Source of the DNA: Elusimicrobiota bacterium | GTDB lineage: Bacteria > Elusimicrobiota > Endomicrobiia > CG1-02-37-114 > JAHJSO01 | NCBI GenBank assembly: GCA_043826435.1 | Contig: JBDRQF010000034.1 | Span: 1 to 25,502, forward strand | Length of the DNA stretch: 25,502 bases | Direction of reading: 5' to 3' | Shown: positions 23,686 to 25,502 of the stretch, one piece after another | Layout of the letters: every line of letters begins with the position of its first letter | Numbering within the stretch: position 1 is the stretch's first letter | The notes under the pieces: model-generated | Databases searched by the model: none | What the model was told of the DNA's origin: nothing | Seen by the model: the letters and a program-made list of their open reading frames with translations, nothing else | Position numbers and translations under genes: made by a program

Positions 23686-24176
23686 AAAGTAGAATTGTTT
23701 CTTTTATCCTATCGTTTGTCGTATGGCTGGGTTTAACCTGGGCGGTTGACTGGCAGCACATCTCAATTGGACTGCTGGTCAGTTTGTTTGTCGCATGGGC
23801 GGTCGGCGACCTTTTTGCGCAGAACCCGTGGAAGTTTAAACAGCCGGTCAGGTATCTGTGGCTGGTCTATTATGTTTTGGTTCTTATATGGGAAATGATA
23901 AAAGCGAACCTGGATGTGGCTTACAGGGTCATTCATCCGGGGCTGCCGATAAAACCGGGAATTGTTAAAGTAAAAACCCGACTCAAAAGTGATGCGGCAC
24001 TTACCTATCTTGCAAATTCAATCACACTTACGCCCGGCACATTTACAATTGATGTTGACAAAGAAAATGGTTATTTATATATCCACTGGATATGGGTTGT
24101 TTCCGAGGATATTGAAAAAGCAACAGAGATTATAGTCAGAAAGTTTGAAAACATTTTAGAGAAGATTTTTGAATAG
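23682..24176 (+). CDS. MrpE/MbhA-like subunit
   Basis: ANLDVA, PGIV, LANSITLTPGT, LYIHWI. Confidence 0.94.
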   Translation: MKSRIVSFILSFVVWLGLTWAVDWQHISIGLLVSLFVAWAVGDLFAQNPWKFKQPVRYLWLVYYVLVLIWEMIKANLDVAYRVIHPGLPIKPGIVKVKTRLKSDAALTYLANSITLTPGTFTIDVDKENGYLYIHWIWVVSEDIEKATEIIVRKFENILEKIFE

Positions 24177-24179
24177 GAT

Positions 24180-24524
24180 ATGACAAAAATGAAAATTTTC
24201 CGCTGGATAGTCGGTTTTTTGTTGTTGTTAGTTTTTCTGATTTTGAATTTTAAATTGGAGATGTCACTATTTTTGAGATTTGTGAATCCCCTGATATTAT
24301 TCTGTTTTATATGTCTGTGGCGAATCGGCAGGGGTCCCACCCCCGCTGACAGGGTGGTGGCGATTGATATACTTGGGATTTTAATAATTGGTTTTTGCGG
24401 TATTCTGGCCGCGTTTACAAAAAAGGGATTTTTTATTGACCTGGCGATTGCATGGGCACTGCAGTCGTTTATAGGAACAATCACCCTTGCAAAATTTTTG
24501 GAAGGACGCTCGTTTGATGAATAA
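24180..24524 (+). CDS. MrpF/MbhB-like subunit
   Basis: GPTPADRVVAID, SFIGTITLAKFLEG. Confidence 0.9.
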   Translation: MTKMKIFRWIVGFLLLLVFLILNFKLEMSLFLRFVNPLILFCFICLWRIGRGPTPADRVVAIDILGILIIGFCGILAAFTKKGFFIDLAIAWALQSFIGTITLAKFLEGRSFDE

Positions 24525-24568
24525 GAGACAACAGAAAATTCTGACAGGGTATTGTTACGAGGGGTCTT

Positions 24569-24898
24569 ATGAATGAAATTATCGGATATACGTTTATTGG
24601 CGTAGGACTGGCGTTTGATTTGCTGGGGTGCCTGGGGCTCGTGCGCCTGCCTGATTTGTATAACCGTCTGCAGGCCTCAACAAAATGCGTTACTTTCGGC
24701 ACGTGCGGCATTATGGCGGGCATTTTTATAATGAATGGGTTCACCGCTGTCGGCATCAAGGCCCTTCTCTGTGCGGTATTCCTATTATTGACGGCACCCG
24801 TGTCAGCACACGCGATTGCCCGCGGGGCGCACCTTGCCGGGTTTAAACTCTGGGAAAAGAGCGTGTGTGACAAATACGAGGAAGACAAGAATAAATAA
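24569..24898 (+). CDS. MrpG/MbhC-like subunit
   Basis: GLVRLPDLYNRLQASTK..TFG, TAPVSAHAIARGA. Confidence 0.93.
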   Translation: MNEIIGYTFIGVGLAFDLLGCLGLVRLPDLYNRLQASTKCVTFGTCGIMAGIFIMNGFTAVGIKALLCAVFLLLTAPVSAHAIARGAHLAGFKLWEKSVCDKYEEDKNK

Positions 24899-24992
24899 AG
24901 GAGATTGCCCCGCCGCAAGATGCAGGGTATCCTTACCAAACTGGAATGAAATATCCAAAACTGAGTGCATATATTGAGGAGAACAAACCCAG

Positions 24993-25502
24993 GTGAAATA
25001 TCCGAAACTCCGTGAATTAAGGGAAGCAATAAAGGCGGTAATTAAGGGCCCATATACGACAAGGTTCCCTTACGAGCCGCACATTCCCGAAAAGAGATTC
25101 AGGGGAAGGCCTGTCCCCGACAAGGACGGGTGCATTGGCTGTGGCGCCTGCGCCGAGGTATGCCCTGCCGTTGCCATTGAGGTTATAGATGAAGTGCCCG
25201 GAGCCAGCGCCGGCCAGTCGGGGGCAGCCCAGCCGACTCGCATTCAGCCGACCCGCAGGGTTATATGGCATTATGATATGTGTATATTCTGCGGCCAGTG
25301 CGAACGGCTCTGTACAACAAAACAGGGCGTTAAACTTTCCAATAAAGAATTTGACATGGCTTGTTTTGACAGGAAAACCCTGTTTGCCGACGTCCAGAAG
25401 GAACTGGTGGTCTGCGAACACTGCGGGGAGATAATCGCTACGGAAGACCAGCTCCGTTGGATAGCGGAAAAACTAAAACATCAGGTCTATGGAAACTTCC
25501 TG
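24993..25502 (+). CDS. NuoI/MbhN-like 2x[4Fe-4S] subunit (runs off right edge; missed by ORF track)
   Basis: Manual translation from GTG 24993 behind GAGGAG: MKYPKLRELREAIKAVIKGPYTTRFPYEP...RFRGRP...CIGCGACAEVCP...CIFCGQCERLCTT...CEHCG..., open for 170 codons to the edge. Confidence 0.93.
   Translation, partial: MKYPKLRELREAIKAVIKGPYTTRFPYEPHIPEKRFRGRPVPDKDGCIGCGACAEVCPAVAIEVIDEVPGASAGQSGAAQPTRIQPTRRVIWHYDMCIFCGQCERLCTTKQGVKLSNKEFDMACFDRKTLFADVQKELVVCEHCGEIIATEDQLRWIAEKLKHQVYGNFL

Noticed and set aside
20600..24500. Apparent drop in GC across the Mrp genes as a sign of separate acquisition
   Set aside because: Judged by eye only and confounded by T-rich codons of membrane proteins. Needs a GC3 or codon-usage calculation.
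24900..24912. GGAGATTGCC as a sixth repeat remnant
   Set aside because: Only about 8 nt match the repeat core, which is compatible with chance.
25017..25434. Track ORFs 25017..25421 (-) and 25189..25434 (+)
   Set aside because: Shadow frames of the NuoI-like gene starting at 24993.

Overview
Bacterial chromosomal window, probably from an anaerobe; the taxon cannot be fixed from sequence alone. Left to right: (1) the start of a secreted protein running off the left edge and a minus-strand carbohydrate ABC importer (trehalose/maltose-type binding lipoprotein plus two permeases, no ATPase). (2) From a divergent consensus sigma70 promoter: tRNA-Arg(ACG), an atypical tadA, and tmRNA (tag ANAYACAA). 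(3) A housekeeping run: metallophosphoesterase, rex, ileS, lspA, lgt, RluA/D synthase, and a coiled-coil membrane protein. (4) A decayed AT-rich defence remnant: an internally deleted AAA_14/DUF4143 ATPase and a 33-codon cas4 stub fused to one type I-C CRISPR repeat. (5) A >12 kb, 16-gene operon under a promoter overlapped by a Rex-type operator. It encodes an AsrAB/HydBG/Flx-like flavin-FeS module, a ferredoxin-like subunit, a group 4 (Mbh-like) [NiFe] hydrogenase and a full Mrp-type antiporter set with two large pumping subunits. Five copies of a GTCATTGCGA...TCGCAATGAC palindromic repeat are scattered through the window, two of them invading coding 3' ends. Best leads: the putative NAD(H)-coupled, Rex-controlled ion-pumping hydrogenase; the TadA with substitutions at tRNA-contact positions and an embedded basic micro-ORF; and the cas4/repeat deletion scar.
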